Shown here one piece after another: positions 50,199-60,824 of a stretch of 64,000 nucleotides of DNA. Below the pieces are notes generated by a model that was given only the letters and a program-made list of their open reading frames with translations, did not search any database and was not told the DNA's origin. Every line of letters starts with the position of its first letter. Positions within the stretch are counted from its first letter, which is position 1. The stretch is from Candidatus Cloacimonadales bacterium (lineage in GTDB: Bacteria > Cloacimonadota > Cloacimonadia > Cloacimonadales > JAFGVF01): assembly GCA_963677495.2 (NCBI GenBank), contig CAXXOU010000001.1:704001-768000 (forward strand), written 5' to 3'. Made by a program: the position numbers and the translations under genes.

Positions 50199-51319
50199 CT
50201 TTCTTTACTTTCTCCGATGAAGGAAGTAGCAGAGAGAAATGCTGTTGGTTTACCCCACTGAACTTTATTGTAATCACCCTTATCATCCGGTGCATCACCA
50301 GCATAGAAAGTAGTGTCTTTATAGAATTCAGGTAATCTTGAACGCATAGATTTGATAGGTGCTGATAATGTAATGCCACCACCATAAATGCCACCAATTA
50401 CGAATGAGTATTTCTCAAGAGAATCAAAGTCGTAACCTGCAAGTTCACTTACTTTAGCTGATGCGAAAGTAGTACTGGAACTAACTTGGGCAATCTGTGT
50501 TCCATTGTCATAGTTTCCTTCGAGGAATGAATTCAATTTGCTGTCTTCAACGATAAATACTGAATATGCTTGAATCGCACCTGACTGTATTGGGTGTTTC
50601 CACTCAAATTGAACATTTCCTTCTTCAGGAAGGTATTTACTGTAAAAGTCTAAAACCGGAGCTGCTTCATTTGGCATTGGTGTGCCGGAAACAATCTCAG
50701 CTCTTTTGAAATACTTTCTCTGTTCATTCGTTGCAACAACAGTATAATAGTATTCTCTTCCGGCTACAAGTCTTCCTAAAATGCTTCCATGATACCATGG
50801 CATACCTGCATAAACCTGACCATCTTTCTCAACTTTCTTTGATTTGTAATAGTAAGGTTTGATATCCATAGCATAAAGCATGGTTGTTCCACTCTGAAGC
50901 TTCTTAAGTAGCTCCATGTCATGAGGAATCTCTTTGTAAAGCGGACTTGTTTCCATGTCCGGTTGTTTGTCTTTTTTCAGTTTAGCAGGTGAGTTGATGC
51001 TTATAAGCTGTGTCCAACTGCTATCGTAATAGTACATTACATCCGATGAAACACCTGTCTTAGGGTTCACAGGAATTGTACCGACTAAAAAGAGGGAATC
51101 AGGGCTGATACCGCGATATACATGATATTCCTGGATTCTTGCTTCTTTGGGAAGCGGAGTCCAGCTAATACGCAGTCCTGACCCGTCATCGTTGGGGATA
51201 TCTGTAACTTGAAGGTTTTCTACTACCATATTGGCTGGGGCAGCACTCCATAGAGGTGTCACAGCTAATACTAAGAGAACCATCAAAAGAGATAAACCCG
51301 TTTTTCGATGTTTAATCAT
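50195..51319 (-). CDS. Secreted FN3-like protein (probable N-terminal part of the DUF6754 protein)
   Basis: Signal peptide; VTDIPNDDGSGLRISWTP, EYYYTVVA; second unit AGDAPDDKGDYNKVQWGKP cut off by the stop. Confidence 0.75.
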   Translation of the reverse strand: MIKHRKTGLSLLMVLLVLAVTPLWSAAPANMVVENLQVTDIPNDDGSGLRISWTPLPKEARIQEYHVYRGISPDSLFLVGTIPVNPKTGVSSDVMYYYDSSWTQLISINSPAKLKKDKQPDMETSPLYKEIPHDMELLKKLQSGTTMLYAMDIKPYYYKSKKVEKDGQVYAGMPWYHGSILGRLVAGREYYYTVVATNEQRKYFKRAEIVSGTPMPNEAAPVLDFYSKYLPEEGNVQFEWKHPIQSGAIQAYSVFIVEDSKLNSFLEGNYDNGTQIAQVSSSTTFASAKVSELAGYDFDSLEKYSFVIGGIYGGGITLSAPIKSMRSRLPEFYKDTTFYAGDAPDDKGDYNKVQWGKPTAFLSATSFIGESKER

Positions 51320-51724
51320 ACGAATCTCCTTCCTTTTTTCGATTCATTTATTTATAATAACTTTATATACACTTTTCTCTTAATTACATAAATCCCTGCA
51401 ATAATAGAACTTACATACAATAAAGTAATTGCAACGACGAGATATAGTGCATACTATTTTCCAGTTTAGTTATTTTTCAATACTTTGTAATACTGTCAAA
51501 TCCTTTTTATAAGGGGAAGTTAGTCCAATTTATGACTATTATTCATCACTCTGAATCGAAAATTTCTCTCAATTATCTTTTGCTCTTCGTTCTCTCTTCT
51601 AAGCGGAAGGAGTTTTTAAGTGACTCCACCATTTAAAACACTTTCTCAGGGATTTGTTACAACTTTTTAAGACTTGCGTTACAGCGAAATCACAATGCGA
51701 AAACGAAACCAGCACCACAATCCT

Positions 51725-51831
51725 GTACCTTTGGATTGGTCCCTAGACCTCCCAAAAGGCGCAACTTAAAGAAGTTAATATTATATTGCAAGATTACCAT
51801 TCCGAAGGTCTGTCAACCATTCGAAAGGTAG
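51725..51831. repeat. REP doublet (GTACCTT..GAATGGT family)
   Basis: GTACCTTTGGATTGGTCCCTAGACC and inverted ACCATTCCGAAGGTCTGTCAACCATTCGAAAGGTAG. Confidence 0.75.
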
Positions 51832-52071
51832 ATTCATACGGCTATTTCTCAAACTCCCACCCGGTCTCTATTAGTCCAACTAGTAATTCCACCAAATTTG
51901 ACCTGGATTAAGAAAGGTATATTAAGAAGTGCATAATGAAGAAGGCATAAATTTGCCAATTTGCCAATTAATTTGCCCTGTTCCCTCCCTTCTAATCCCC
52001 TGACATCGAAAGGTGTTTCAAAGGTCTCCCACAGGTGACCCTCTCGTGACCCTCTCGTGCAATGCCTCGAT

Positions 52072-52092
52072 TTATCCACATCGTGTGGATAA
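52072..52092. promoter_or_regulatory. Perfect inverted pair of DnaA boxes
   Basis: TTATCCACA-tcg-TGTGGATAA. Confidence 0.6.
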
Positions 52093-52195
52093 CTAGGATA
52101 TTTATGGAAAACTTGTCGTAGGCACGGGACTGGAAGGGATGAGGTAGGCTCATTTCAGTATTAATGAGAATAATTGTATGATTTGATGGATGGTC

Positions 52196-52546
52196 TTATG
52201 CAATAATATTAAAGAATTGCAATACCTTCACCATGATACCATAAAAGACAATCATAGCACCTGTGGCAATTCCGAATGAGGGCCAGAATGCCATGCCTTT
52301 TTTAAGTAATATTGGAAAGAGTAAAAAGAAGATTAGGGAGGGGATGACTAACCAGAATACTGACTGCGAGAGGGCAATGATTGGTTTAATATCTTTAGTA
52401 TCAATATATAGCCAGATGATTCCAAGGAAAGAGACTAATGGTAATGAAGCAAGTATCCCACCAAGTAGTGTAAAGCGTTTTGAAATCTCTGAGATAAGAA
52501 CAATAATGATTGCTGAAATGAGTGTCTTAAGAGCGAAATGCATCAT
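52196..52546 (-). CDS. DUF3147 family membrane protein
   Basis: ISEISKR...GGILASLPLVS...WLYIDT...VFWLVIPSL. Confidence 0.85.
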   Translation of the reverse strand: MMHFALKTLISAIIIVLISEISKRFTLLGGILASLPLVSFLGIIWLYIDTKDIKPIIALSQSVFWLVIPSLIFFLLFPILLKKGMAFWPSFGIATGAMIVFYGIMVKVLQFFNIIA

Positions 52547-52899
52547 TTACCGCCTTTTATCTCTTTCTGCTCTTTCTTAGTTAAGCTGTTTAAAACGAGG
52601 TTATAGGAGTCATTAACAAGTTGTGTGAGTAGTTGTACATTGTCCATCTTAAAAACCAACACAGTGTTCCAGTGTTTCTTATTCATATGATAACCGGGTA
52701 TAATGAAATCATACTGTTCTCGCAGAGTGATTGCAAAGTCCGGGTCACTCTTTAAATTGATTCTTAAACCTGATTCATCAGAGATAATAGCAAACAGTTT
52801 CTTTCCAACTTTCATCACAGCATGCTCCGGACCGAATGGTCTATCTTCCCAAGCTCCGGGCAGGTTTTTACACAGTTCAATCAACTCATTAATTTCCAT
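52543..52899 (-). CDS. MmcQ/YjbR family DNA-binding protein
   Basis: PFGPE, KVGKKLFA, INLKSDP, PGYHMNKKHWNTV; start at MEINE after GGAG. Confidence 0.9.
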   Translation of the reverse strand: MEINELIELCKNLPGAWEDRPFGPEHAVMKVGKKLFAIISDESGLRINLKSDPDFAITLREQYDFIIPGYHMNKKHWNTVLVFKMDNVQLLTQLVNDSYNLVLNSLTKKEQKEIKGGK

Positions 52900-52945
52900 A
52901 TTGACTCCCATTATTGGTGCAATAAAATAACATCGGAGGATTATT

Positions 52946-53863
52946 GTGAAGAAAAAAAGAAAGATAATATCAAAAGCTAATTTGCTTAACATTTTAGGTA
53001 TATTGATTGGCTCTCTTGGAATGGGCTTTGGCTACAGTCTCTTCCTAATGCCGTTCAAAGTTGCTCCCGGTGGTGCATCCGGTTTAGCACAGATTGCCTT
53101 CTTTAAGTTGGGTATCCAACCCGGTTTGTTTATGTTGTTGGTTAATATACCACTCTTTGCTATCGGATTATGGCAGTTTGGCAAACAGTTTGGTTTTAAA
53201 TCGATTATTGCTATTATTCTAACTTCTGTATTTTCCGATTTCTTTATAAGTGATCACTTCATTGGAGCAGAAGGTTTACAGACGTTCTTATATGATATAA
53301 ATGGGGCAATGAGCTTTACTAATGAATATATCTTAGCCGTGCTGGCAGGCTCATTACTTTATGGAGCCGGAATCGGACTGGTGATTAGGAACAATGGTTC
53401 AACAGGTGGTTCTGATATCCCTGCTCTTCTTATGCGTAAGTATTTCGGTTTCTCGATTGGAACCAGTTACCTTATTATTGATACTGTTATTATCATGCTT
53501 GCAGGATACTTCTTTAAGAATGCTAACCTTATCCTCTGGGCCCTCTTCTCACTTTGGATAAGTTCTAAAGTCGCTGACATTGTGATTGAAGGTTTCTCTA
53601 TTACTAAGGGTGTTACCATTCTCTCAAACAACACAGAACAAATTAGAGAGGAGATACTCTTCGAGATGAATCGTGGTTGCACTATTTATAAAGGTGAAGG
53701 CGGTTTCTCCAGAGAGAAAAGAGACATTATTTATACAATCATAACAAATAGAGAACTTGGTCGACTCAAGAACATTGTGAGAGATATTGATCCGGATGCT
53801 TTCTTTGTTGTTCAGGATATTCATCAAACTCATGGTAGGGGATTTAGAGGATTTGACAGCTAA
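52946..53863 (+). CDS. YitT family membrane protein
   Basis: APGGASGLA, NIPLF, GSTGGSDI, RGCT...GEGG, IDPDAF. Confidence 0.92.
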   Translation: MKKKRKIISKANLLNILGILIGSLGMGFGYSLFLMPFKVAPGGASGLAQIAFFKLGIQPGLFMLLVNIPLFAIGLWQFGKQFGFKSIIAIILTSVFSDFFISDHFIGAEGLQTFLYDINGAMSFTNEYILAVLAGSLLYGAGIGLVIRNNGSTGGSDIPALLMRKYFGFSIGTSYLIIDTVIIMLAGYFFKNANLILWALFSLWISSKVADIVIEGFSITKGVTILSNNTEQIREEILFEMNRGCTIYKGEGGFSREKRDIIYTIITNRELGRLKNIVRDIDPDAFFVVQDIHQTHGRGFRGFDS

Positions 53864-54905
53864 TAGTTTCTTAAAACCAATAGAGTTTATCAGAGAACAA
53901 TTCGATAAGTATGACGTTGTGCTACTTGGTGAATACCACCGAATCAAACAGGACTTGGAGTTTTACTGTAAGCTGATAGAAATGCTGCCGGAAATGGGAG
54001 TTAGTACTATTGGTACCGAGTTTCTTCGTAGAGCAGATCAGCAGTTGATTAATGAGCTAATATCCTCCAATACATTCGACTTTGAGTTAGCGAAGCAACT
54101 CCAGTTCAATATGAGTGTTTTCTGGGGGTACAAAGAGTACATTGATGTTTACAGAGCAGTCTGGAAAGTGAATAAATCAGGATATAAGCTAAACCTTATC
54201 GGTTTAAATGATTCACCTAACTTAGAACTTAAGAACAGGTACCATGCCGAGGGTGTTGAGCTTACGAAAAAGCACTGGAAAGAGATTGGTAAAGGTTGCT
54301 CTGAGGAGTTTTGGGCTGATGCAGTAGTAGATAGAGTTGTAAAGCATAACGAAAAGGTTCTCACTATTACAGGACGTAATCACTCCTTCACAAGTTTCAA
54401 GCAACCGGCAGTTCGGATGCAGGATGGGAATTATACCTTTATTCGTTTCATGGACGACAGGTATGGCAACTACCTAAAAAAAAAGCTACCCAATAGAGTT
54501 TATAACATTTTTATACACTCTCCGAATCTCTTACTTGATTGTGAGTCCTCCAGTTTACCCTGTAATGGTGAGTTTGAAGAACTATTCGATAAGTTTGGGG
54601 AAGCAGGTTTATCTCTTAAGAAAACAATGTATGGCGATATAAATCTAATTGATACAATGTACAATCCCGGGTATGAACAACTCAAACTTTCAGATATCTA
54701 TGATGGTTACATAATCCATACTAAAGTATGTGATTTCAAACATGTTTCTGCTATTCCAAACTTTATAAACGAAACTAATCATATTACTGCAAGGAAGAAT
54801 GTCTGGAATCCAAGTTGCTGTAATCTTACAATAGATGAATTCAATGAAGGAATAGCCCACGATGCTGAAATACAACAATTGTGGTGGGACAGATGTTATA
54901 AGTAA
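53832..54905 (+). CDS. EreA/ChaN-like fold protein
   Basis: DVVLLGEYH, TIGTEF, ITGRNH motifs; start uncertain (53832 ATG or 53853 TTG). Confidence 0.6.
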   Translation: MVGDLEDLTANSFLKPIEFIREQFDKYDVVLLGEYHRIKQDLEFYCKLIEMLPEMGVSTIGTEFLRRADQQLINELISSNTFDFELAKQLQFNMSVFWGYKEYIDVYRAVWKVNKSGYKLNLIGLNDSPNLELKNRYHAEGVELTKKHWKEIGKGCSEEFWADAVVDRVVKHNEKVLTITGRNHSFTSFKQPAVRMQDGNYTFIRFMDDRYGNYLKKKLPNRVYNIFIHSPNLLLDCESSSLPCNGEFEELFDKFGEAGLSLKKTMYGDINLIDTMYNPGYEQLKLSDIYDGYIIHTKVCDFKHVSAIPNFINETNHITARKNVWNPSCCNLTIDEFNEGIAHDAEIQQLWWDRCYK

Positions 54906-54908
54906 ACT

Positions 54909-55400
54909 GTACCTTCTGAATGGTCCTTAGACCTTCAGAATGGTACACTTCGGAGTTGACTTTAAATTACAAGAGCACCATTTCGAAGGTCTGCAACCAT
55001 TCGAAAGGTAGAACCGTATAACCACATTTCGCTATTGCTCCAACTCCCTGAAATGAAGTTGATGCAGTCAAATCTCTTCCTCACTCCTCAGTCACAATTC
55101 TAGAGTTTATTCTATCTCAAACTTCCCAAAAGCATATCAGTTACCTATTAATGGAAAACAACATTTCAATAGGGTTTTAACAGGTGTCTCTTTGGAAATT
55201 GATAACAATTGTGGCAGAGCAAAGAGACTTTAATCACTATTACGATATGCTTATATAACAAATCTAATCTTCTTACTGCTCACCTGTTCCCCGTTAGCTT
55301 CCCGTTAGCTTCCCGTTAGAAACTCGTTAATGAGAATGGGAATTAGATTTGGTGTAGATTAGGAGTTAAGGTATTTTGGAATTATAGTAAGATAGTGCAT
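54909..55400. repeat. REP doublet plus second copy of the long composite repeat
   Basis: Doublet 54909-55011; 54970-55349 is similar to 31505-31875; CGTTAG units at 55292, 55303, 55314, 55325. Confidence 0.88.
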
Positions 55401-55484
55401 TGCATGATACCAGACTTCTTACAGAGATGTGGCAAAATATAGTTTCATGACAAGACGCACCAACGCAGATGGTGCACTCCAAAC

Positions 55485-55515
55485 AAAAAAAAGCCTACCG
55501 TTTCCGATAGGCTTT
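55485..55515 (-). terminator. Intrinsic terminator
   Basis: AAAAAAAAGCCTACCG..CGATAGGCTTT. Confidence 0.75.
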
Positions 55516-55533
55516 CATTATTGTTTATGATTA

Positions 55534-58500
55534 CTATTTCATTAGTATCATTTTCTTTGATTTTGTGTATGTTCCGGATTGCATCTTATAGAAATACACA
55601 CCACTTGAAACAGAACTGTTATTATCATCAACACCATCCCAGATAACTGAATGTCTGCCGGCATTATAATGGTCATTTGCCAGTGTTTTTACTTTCTGAC
55701 CTTTGACATTATAGATGTCGATAGAAACGTTACCTGCTTCTTTCATATCGAAGCTGATAGCGGTTTCAGGATTGAATGGGTTAGGATAGTTGCCACGTAA
55801 TGCTGTAGTAGTAGGAACAATTACTTCTTCCTCTTCACCAACTGTAGCACCATTGTTTGTAAGCATCATGTCATCAACCATCATGAAGAAAGTCTGACTT
55901 GAAACACAATGCAATGCAACTCTGATAGTCTGACCGGCATATGCATCTAAATCATATGTGAACTGAGTCCAGTCAAGAGGGGCATCAACAGGGCTGTCAC
56001 CAGTGATAATAGTGAAATCATCCGGGTCAGCACTTCCATTAGAAATACCCACTTCAAACTGTTCGTTTCCAAACTGGATAGTATATGATCTTGCTAAGAA
56101 CTTAAGGGAAGCAGGATCATTTGATAAAAGAACTTGTTGAGAAATCAACCAGTCATCATTAGAGCCTGAATCAGCAGCAAAGCAAGCAAGATATTGATCT
56201 CCTGTATAAGCATCAGCGAACTGAACAGGAGGAACTGTCATTGATGGATTAAAGGCAATAAATGCCATAGGGTCATTTTCTCCTGTGAAATCTATACCAT
56301 TGTTGAATCCATAAGTTCCTTCACCATCACCATCAATAGTAATCCATGGGCTAAGATCTGTGGTGAATGGATCGAATGTATCGAAACTATCAGCAATAAC
56401 AGGTGGATCTACTTCAGTGAATACAACATTAATTGAGTCGCATGCAGGAGATTCACCGGTAGGACCTGTATATAGTGCAGTAATCTTATATTCATAAGAC
56501 TGATCGAATGTTAAGTCATCAGCTGTATCAAGATAGAACTGAGCTGTAACAGGTTCAGAATTAACAATTACATCATCTCTATAAACATTGTAACCTGCAA
56601 GAGAACGGGTAGGTTCTTCAGGTTGCATCCAAGAGAGAGTTACACCTTGGTAGCTAATATCATGAGCTAAAGCAGTAGGAGGATAGAAACCATCCGGTTC
56701 ATCATGATTATCAGTGATAACCCAGAGAGAGTAGTCTCCTGTAGCCCAGCGTGTACGTCCGTCGTTCTTTTTACCAACTCTATCCATTGCTGGGGAGTTA
56801 TCGAATCTAGCTATTCTAAGATAATAGAAACCTGCTTCAGTGATGTTAGTTGCAATGTATGGATTCATACCATCAGTCCAGCTGTCATCATCAAATGCCA
56901 TAGCCTGATCTTCTGGTACTGTCTGACCGAGGTCATCGAAAGGTCCATAAAGGAATGCAGATAAATCTACGTTAGAACCATAAAGATTCTCTGTATGGAT
57001 TTCAAGGTTAGCAGGAGCTGCCTGCCAGAAAGCATACCAATCAATGTCTGTTACAGGTTCGATGATAGCTTCTAAACCTTCACAATCAAGTACTAGCTCA
57101 GTAGCATCATCAGATTGGTCATTGCTGTCTGCAACATAGGCATAACCATGCAGAGGAATCTCATGCACTTCTCGACTATCAGTTACATTGTCCACAATTG
57201 TAATAAGTGCTTCTTTGTGTCCCGCAGTGGTAGGATTGAAAGTTAAATCAAAACTAACTTCACCGAACTGAGGGATACTGATAGGGTATGTGTTACCGTC
57301 AGTTAGAGTAAATTCACCTGCATCATCACCTGTAAGGGTAATAGCAGGATCGATAACTGCATCGGATTGCCCGAAGTTTGCAATTCTGATATTATAAACA
57401 TCAGAAGTTGTACCAACATTGTGAACACCAAAGTCAACATCCAAAGCACTAAGAATCACATATGGTCCAACACTTGGTGGAATCATGAAGAATCTTGTGT
57501 TTGGTATCAGGTTCGGTGTAAACATTGCTTCCGGTGGAGCGATTGGGTCAGGGTCAGTACCATCATTATAAAAATATATGCTTCTTGGCGTAGCTGTTTG
57601 AGTACAATAAAAGTCCTCTGTTGAATCTCCATATTCAGGTTCATTCTCTTCAACAGCTATAACAAGGTTAGACATACCATCATAGAAGAACATGTTTTCC
57701 AATGTAAAGTCTAACCATCCAGCACTAGTAGGATTTGCTATAGTTCCATTATACACCATAGTTAACTGATCATAAGGTATCCAAGAAGTTGTACTATCGA
57801 AACTCTCTTGGTCAGTTAATCCCATATATACAACCCACTGAGTACTTGAACTTAAGTCTCCACCACCATTGAACTGATATGAGATAGAAGTGATGAATCC
57901 CGCAGAGCCAAACTCTTCAGGTGTGTATATAGATTGAGAGTAACTATATCCGTAATATGGTTCTATAGGTAAGAATTGATTCTCTTCAACGCCATCCCCA
58001 ATGATAACCATGCCTTCAGGTCTTGTAGAGAAAGTCCAGACAGGGCAACCGGTAGCATCACCAACGAAGTTGTAAGGGATAATCTGCCAATAGTAGTCAG
58101 TTTCAAATGCAAGAGGACCTGTGATAGCATATTCGTTAACGAATCCGGCATCAACACCGTCAACTATATTTGTTGGAGGGTTATCAGAACCAAAATATAC
58201 TCTATATCCATCAGGATAGTTTCCACCATCAGCCCACTCTAATATAGGAGTGATGCTCTGGTTTTCTGAACCATCTTGTGGAGCAACTATAGTTGCAGCA
58301 TTTGGTATATCATTGAATGTTGTAAATGACCAAACCGGGCAATTTGTTGCACTACCTATAGCATTATATGGTGTAACTTGCCAGTAATAAACAACACCAG
58401 CAGTTAAACCAGAATAATCGAATGTATAGTTATTACCTGCATCTACCATATCATAGACATCTGTAGGTGGATTATCAGTACCCATACTTACATAATATCC

Positions 58501-60699
58501 GGCTGCGCCCGGTACAGGATTCCATTCAACAGTACCAGTCATTGGTATCTCAATAGCTGCATCAACAGGAGCTACAAGAGTAGTAGGAACTGGAGCTGAA
58601 CCGTTATCCCAGAATGAGATATCATCAAGTGCAACATCACCATTCCACATTGGACCACCGAGATATCTGAATCTAAGCTGTACTACACCTGTGTTGCCAT
58701 TAAGGTCAACATCACCAATAAGCCAATCTTGACCCTGATCACCGGTTAGTGGAGGTCTGATATCCTCAGTCCATTGGGTTCCATCCCAAAGGTCAAAATG
58801 TAGTTCTCCAACATTTGCACCATAAAGGGTGTACCAGAAAGAGCAGAAAGGATTTGCGAGAGCAGAAACATCAACAGGAGGGGCTAATAAGTCACTTCTG
58901 TATCCCTGGTTACCATTTGACTGAGCTCTGGCAAAGAAACCTCCGTTACCTGTGTGGTCACCATTTTGAGGACCGGTTTCCCAGCTTGCCCAGTTATTAA
59001 AGAACCAATCACCCTCATCTTCAGTTCCCTGATCCCATCCGATTGGGATTGCTTCTTCAAGATCAAAGTCCTGAGTGTATGGGAATACTGTGATTGTCTG
59101 GTCAAATCCTTCACCGGTAAGAGCGATTGGATATGTGTTATTCTGATCATCTGTGATTGTAACATTGCATGTTAAAGGTCCGGCATTTACCGGTGTAAAA
59201 GAGATTTCAAAGTTTACAAGTTGGGTTGATGATATTGTTAACGGATAAGTATTGTTATCTGTTAATGTAAAGTCAGTTGTGTTATCCATTGTAACGGATT
59301 GAACAACCAAATCAGCCATACCTGTATTTGTAATTGTATATGTAACAGGATCTGTTGAACTACCGGTATACAGAATTCCATAATCATGGCTATCAGGATA
59401 ATACATCAACTCAGCATCAGGACTAATGTCACCAAAGAAGAGCCTTGTATTTGGGATAGCTGTAGGAGTACCCATTGCCTCTGGTGGAGCATTGGGATCA
59501 GGGTCAGTCATATCATTATAGAAGAAGATACTTCTTGCACCTGTAGTAGTATCACATAAGAAATCCTCAGATCCACCTGCGCAATACTGTGGTTGGTTTT
59601 CTTCAACAGCTATAACAAGATTATCTGTGTTGTTGTAAACAAAAGGAGCTTGTAACACAAACTCAATCCAACCTTCCGCTCCAATAGCAGGTAAAGGTCC
59701 ACTATAAACCTGGACTAATTGTGAGATAGGAATCCAGTCATTTGTTGAAGCAAATGAAGAGTTTGGAGTGTGCCCCATATAGATAACCCATTCGTTACAG
59801 TTAGCCATAGGACCAGCTTCATTAAACTGATAGTATACCTTCTCAATACGCTGGTTTGCTATGTCTATATCTGACTGAAGATATACACTCTGAGAATAGG
59901 AGTATCCATAAAAAGGTTCTATTGGTAATGATTGATTTACTTCAGTACCGTTACCAATTTGAATCACATCAGTTCCTAATTCTGTTGAGAAAGTACCTGA
60001 AAGAGAGTTATCATAAATACTGGTGCTGTTCTTTGCTACAATTTGCCAGTAATAAGTACCGGCATAATCAAGCACTCCGGGATCATATGTCTCTCCGGTC
60101 CCCGATATTGCTTGATCGGCAATGACCGGTGTAGCCGGTAGGGAACCCTCCCCGAAGTAGAGATCGAAGGTCTCTGTGTTAGCTCCCCAATCCCATGATA
60201 AAGTTGTTCCATTGATTGCAACGTTAAATGCACCCGGTGTAGGTACTACGTTTGTTGGAGTACCGGGCATACCTGGATCATTTGGTGTAGAACCAGATAA
60301 ACTTACTAAGTAAGTTCCAGCAGCGTTATTTGAGTAACCTCGAAGATTAAAATAGTACCAGTCTGCATTAGTAATAGAGTAATCGATTTGTGATTGAAGA
60401 GTACCACCTGCATCATCGTTTGATGCTAATTCAGCTATTCCGCTTGAATCGTATAAGTGGAGGTAAGTATCGAATGATGTTGAAGCGTTTACACAGCTGA
60501 TAGTTATGTTGTCACCGGCAACTGCCCAGAACTTCCAATAGTCGTGGTCACCTGCAGTGATTTCTCCGGTATGGTCACCATTAATTATGGTTAACACTCC
60601 GGTATCATCAAATGTGTTGTTAGGTTCAGTCTCAGGATCAGCCCAAAGACATAAAACGGATAATGAAAGAATAACCAATAAAAGTATTGTTCTTTTCAT
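55534..60699 (-). CDS. Large T9SS-tailed adhesin-like protein (PPC-like, FN3, ASH, MAM and cleaved-adhesin domains)
   Basis: Start MKRTILL; FDTYLHLYD..ASNDD (PPC-like); GDHTGNGGFF..DVALDDI (MAM); WITIDGDG..NDDWLIS (cleaved adhesin); YPNPFNPETAISF...KMILMK. Confidence 0.88.
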   Translation of the reverse strand: MKRTILLLVILSLSVLCLWADPETEPNNTFDDTGVLTIINGDHTGEITAGDHDYWKFWAVAGDNITISCVNASTSFDTYLHLYDSSGIAELASNDDAGGTLQSQIDYSITNADWYYFNLRGYSNNAAGTYLVSLSGSTPNDPGMPGTPTNVVPTPGAFNVAINGTTLSWDWGANTETFDLYFGEGSLPATPVIADQAISGTGETYDPGVLDYAGTYYWQIVAKNSTSIYDNSLSGTFSTELGTDVIQIGNGTEVNQSLPIEPFYGYSYSQSVYLQSDIDIANQRIEKVYYQFNEAGPMANCNEWVIYMGHTPNSSFASTNDWIPISQLVQVYSGPLPAIGAEGWIEFVLQAPFVYNNTDNLVIAVEENQPQYCAGGSEDFLCDTTTGARSIFFYNDMTDPDPNAPPEAMGTPTAIPNTRLFFGDISPDAELMYYPDSHDYGILYTGSSTDPVTYTITNTGMADLVVQSVTMDNTTDFTLTDNNTYPLTISSTQLVNFEISFTPVNAGPLTCNVTITDDQNNTYPIALTGEGFDQTITVFPYTQDFDLEEAIPIGWDQGTEDEGDWFFNNWASWETGPQNGDHTGNGGFFARAQSNGNQGYRSDLLAPPVDVSALANPFCSFWYTLYGANVGELHFDLWDGTQWTEDIRPPLTGDQGQDWLIGDVDLNGNTGVVQLRFRYLGGPMWNGDVALDDISFWDNGSAPVPTTLVAPVDAAIEIPMTGTVEWNPVPGAAGYYVSMGTDNPPTDVYDMVDAGNNYTFDYSGLTAGVVYYWQVTPYNAIGSATNCPVWSFTTFNDIPNAATIVAPQDGSENQSITPILEWADGGNYPDGYRVYFGSDNPPTNIVDGVDAGFVNEYAITGPLAFETDYYWQIIPYNFVGDATGCPVWTFSTRPEGMVIIGDGVEENQFLPIEPYYGYSYSQSIYTPEEFGSAGFITSISYQFNGGGDLSSSTQWVVYMGLTDQESFDSTTSWIPYDQLTMVYNGTIANPTSAGWLDFTLENMFFYDGMSNLVIAVEENEPEYGDSTEDFYCTQTATPRSIYFYNDGTDPDPIAPPEAMFTPNLIPNTRFFMIPPSVGPYVILSALDVDFGVHNVGTTSDVYNIRIANFGQSDAVIDPAITLTGDDAGEFTLTDGNTYPISIPQFGEVSFDLTFNPTTAGHKEALITIVDNVTDSREVHEIPLHGYAYVADSNDQSDDATELVLDCEGLEAIIEPVTDIDWYAFWQAAPANLEIHTENLYGSNVDLSAFLYGPFDDLGQTVPEDQAMAFDDDSWTDGMNPYIATNITEAGFYYLRIARFDNSPAMDRVGKKNDGRTRWATGDYSLWVITDNHDEPDGFYPPTALAHDISYQGVTLSWMQPEEPTRSLAGYNVYRDDVIVNSEPVTAQFYLDTADDLTFDQSYEYKITALYTGPTGESPACDSINVVFTEVDPPVIADSFDTFDPFTTDLSPWITIDGDGEGTYGFNNGIDFTGENDPMAFIAFNPSMTVPPVQFADAYTGDQYLACFAADSGSNDDWLISQQVLLSNDPASLKFLARSYTIQFGNEQFEVGISNGSADPDDFTIITGDSPVDAPLDWTQFTYDLDAYAGQTIRVALHCVSSQTFFMMVDDMMLTNNGATVGEEEEVIVPTTTALRGNYPNPFNPETAISFDMKEAGNVSIDIYNVKGQKVKTLANDHYNAGRHSVIWDGVDDNNSSVSSGVYFYKMQSGTYTKSKKMILMK

Positions 60700-60824
60700 A
60701 ATCTTCTCCCTTTTTACAAAGATCAATTATTTCCGAGGTAGGCCTACACCTACCTCGGCCCCTTTAAATTGAACGATAATTAACAGTTTTAAGTAATTGA
60801 TGTCAATTACTTTCTAAATCAGAT

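Noticed and set aside
49710..50261. 183-aa antisense ORF and similar shadow ORFs (2828-3250, 26958-27434)
   Set aside because: Largely antisense to well-supported genes; no recognisable motifs
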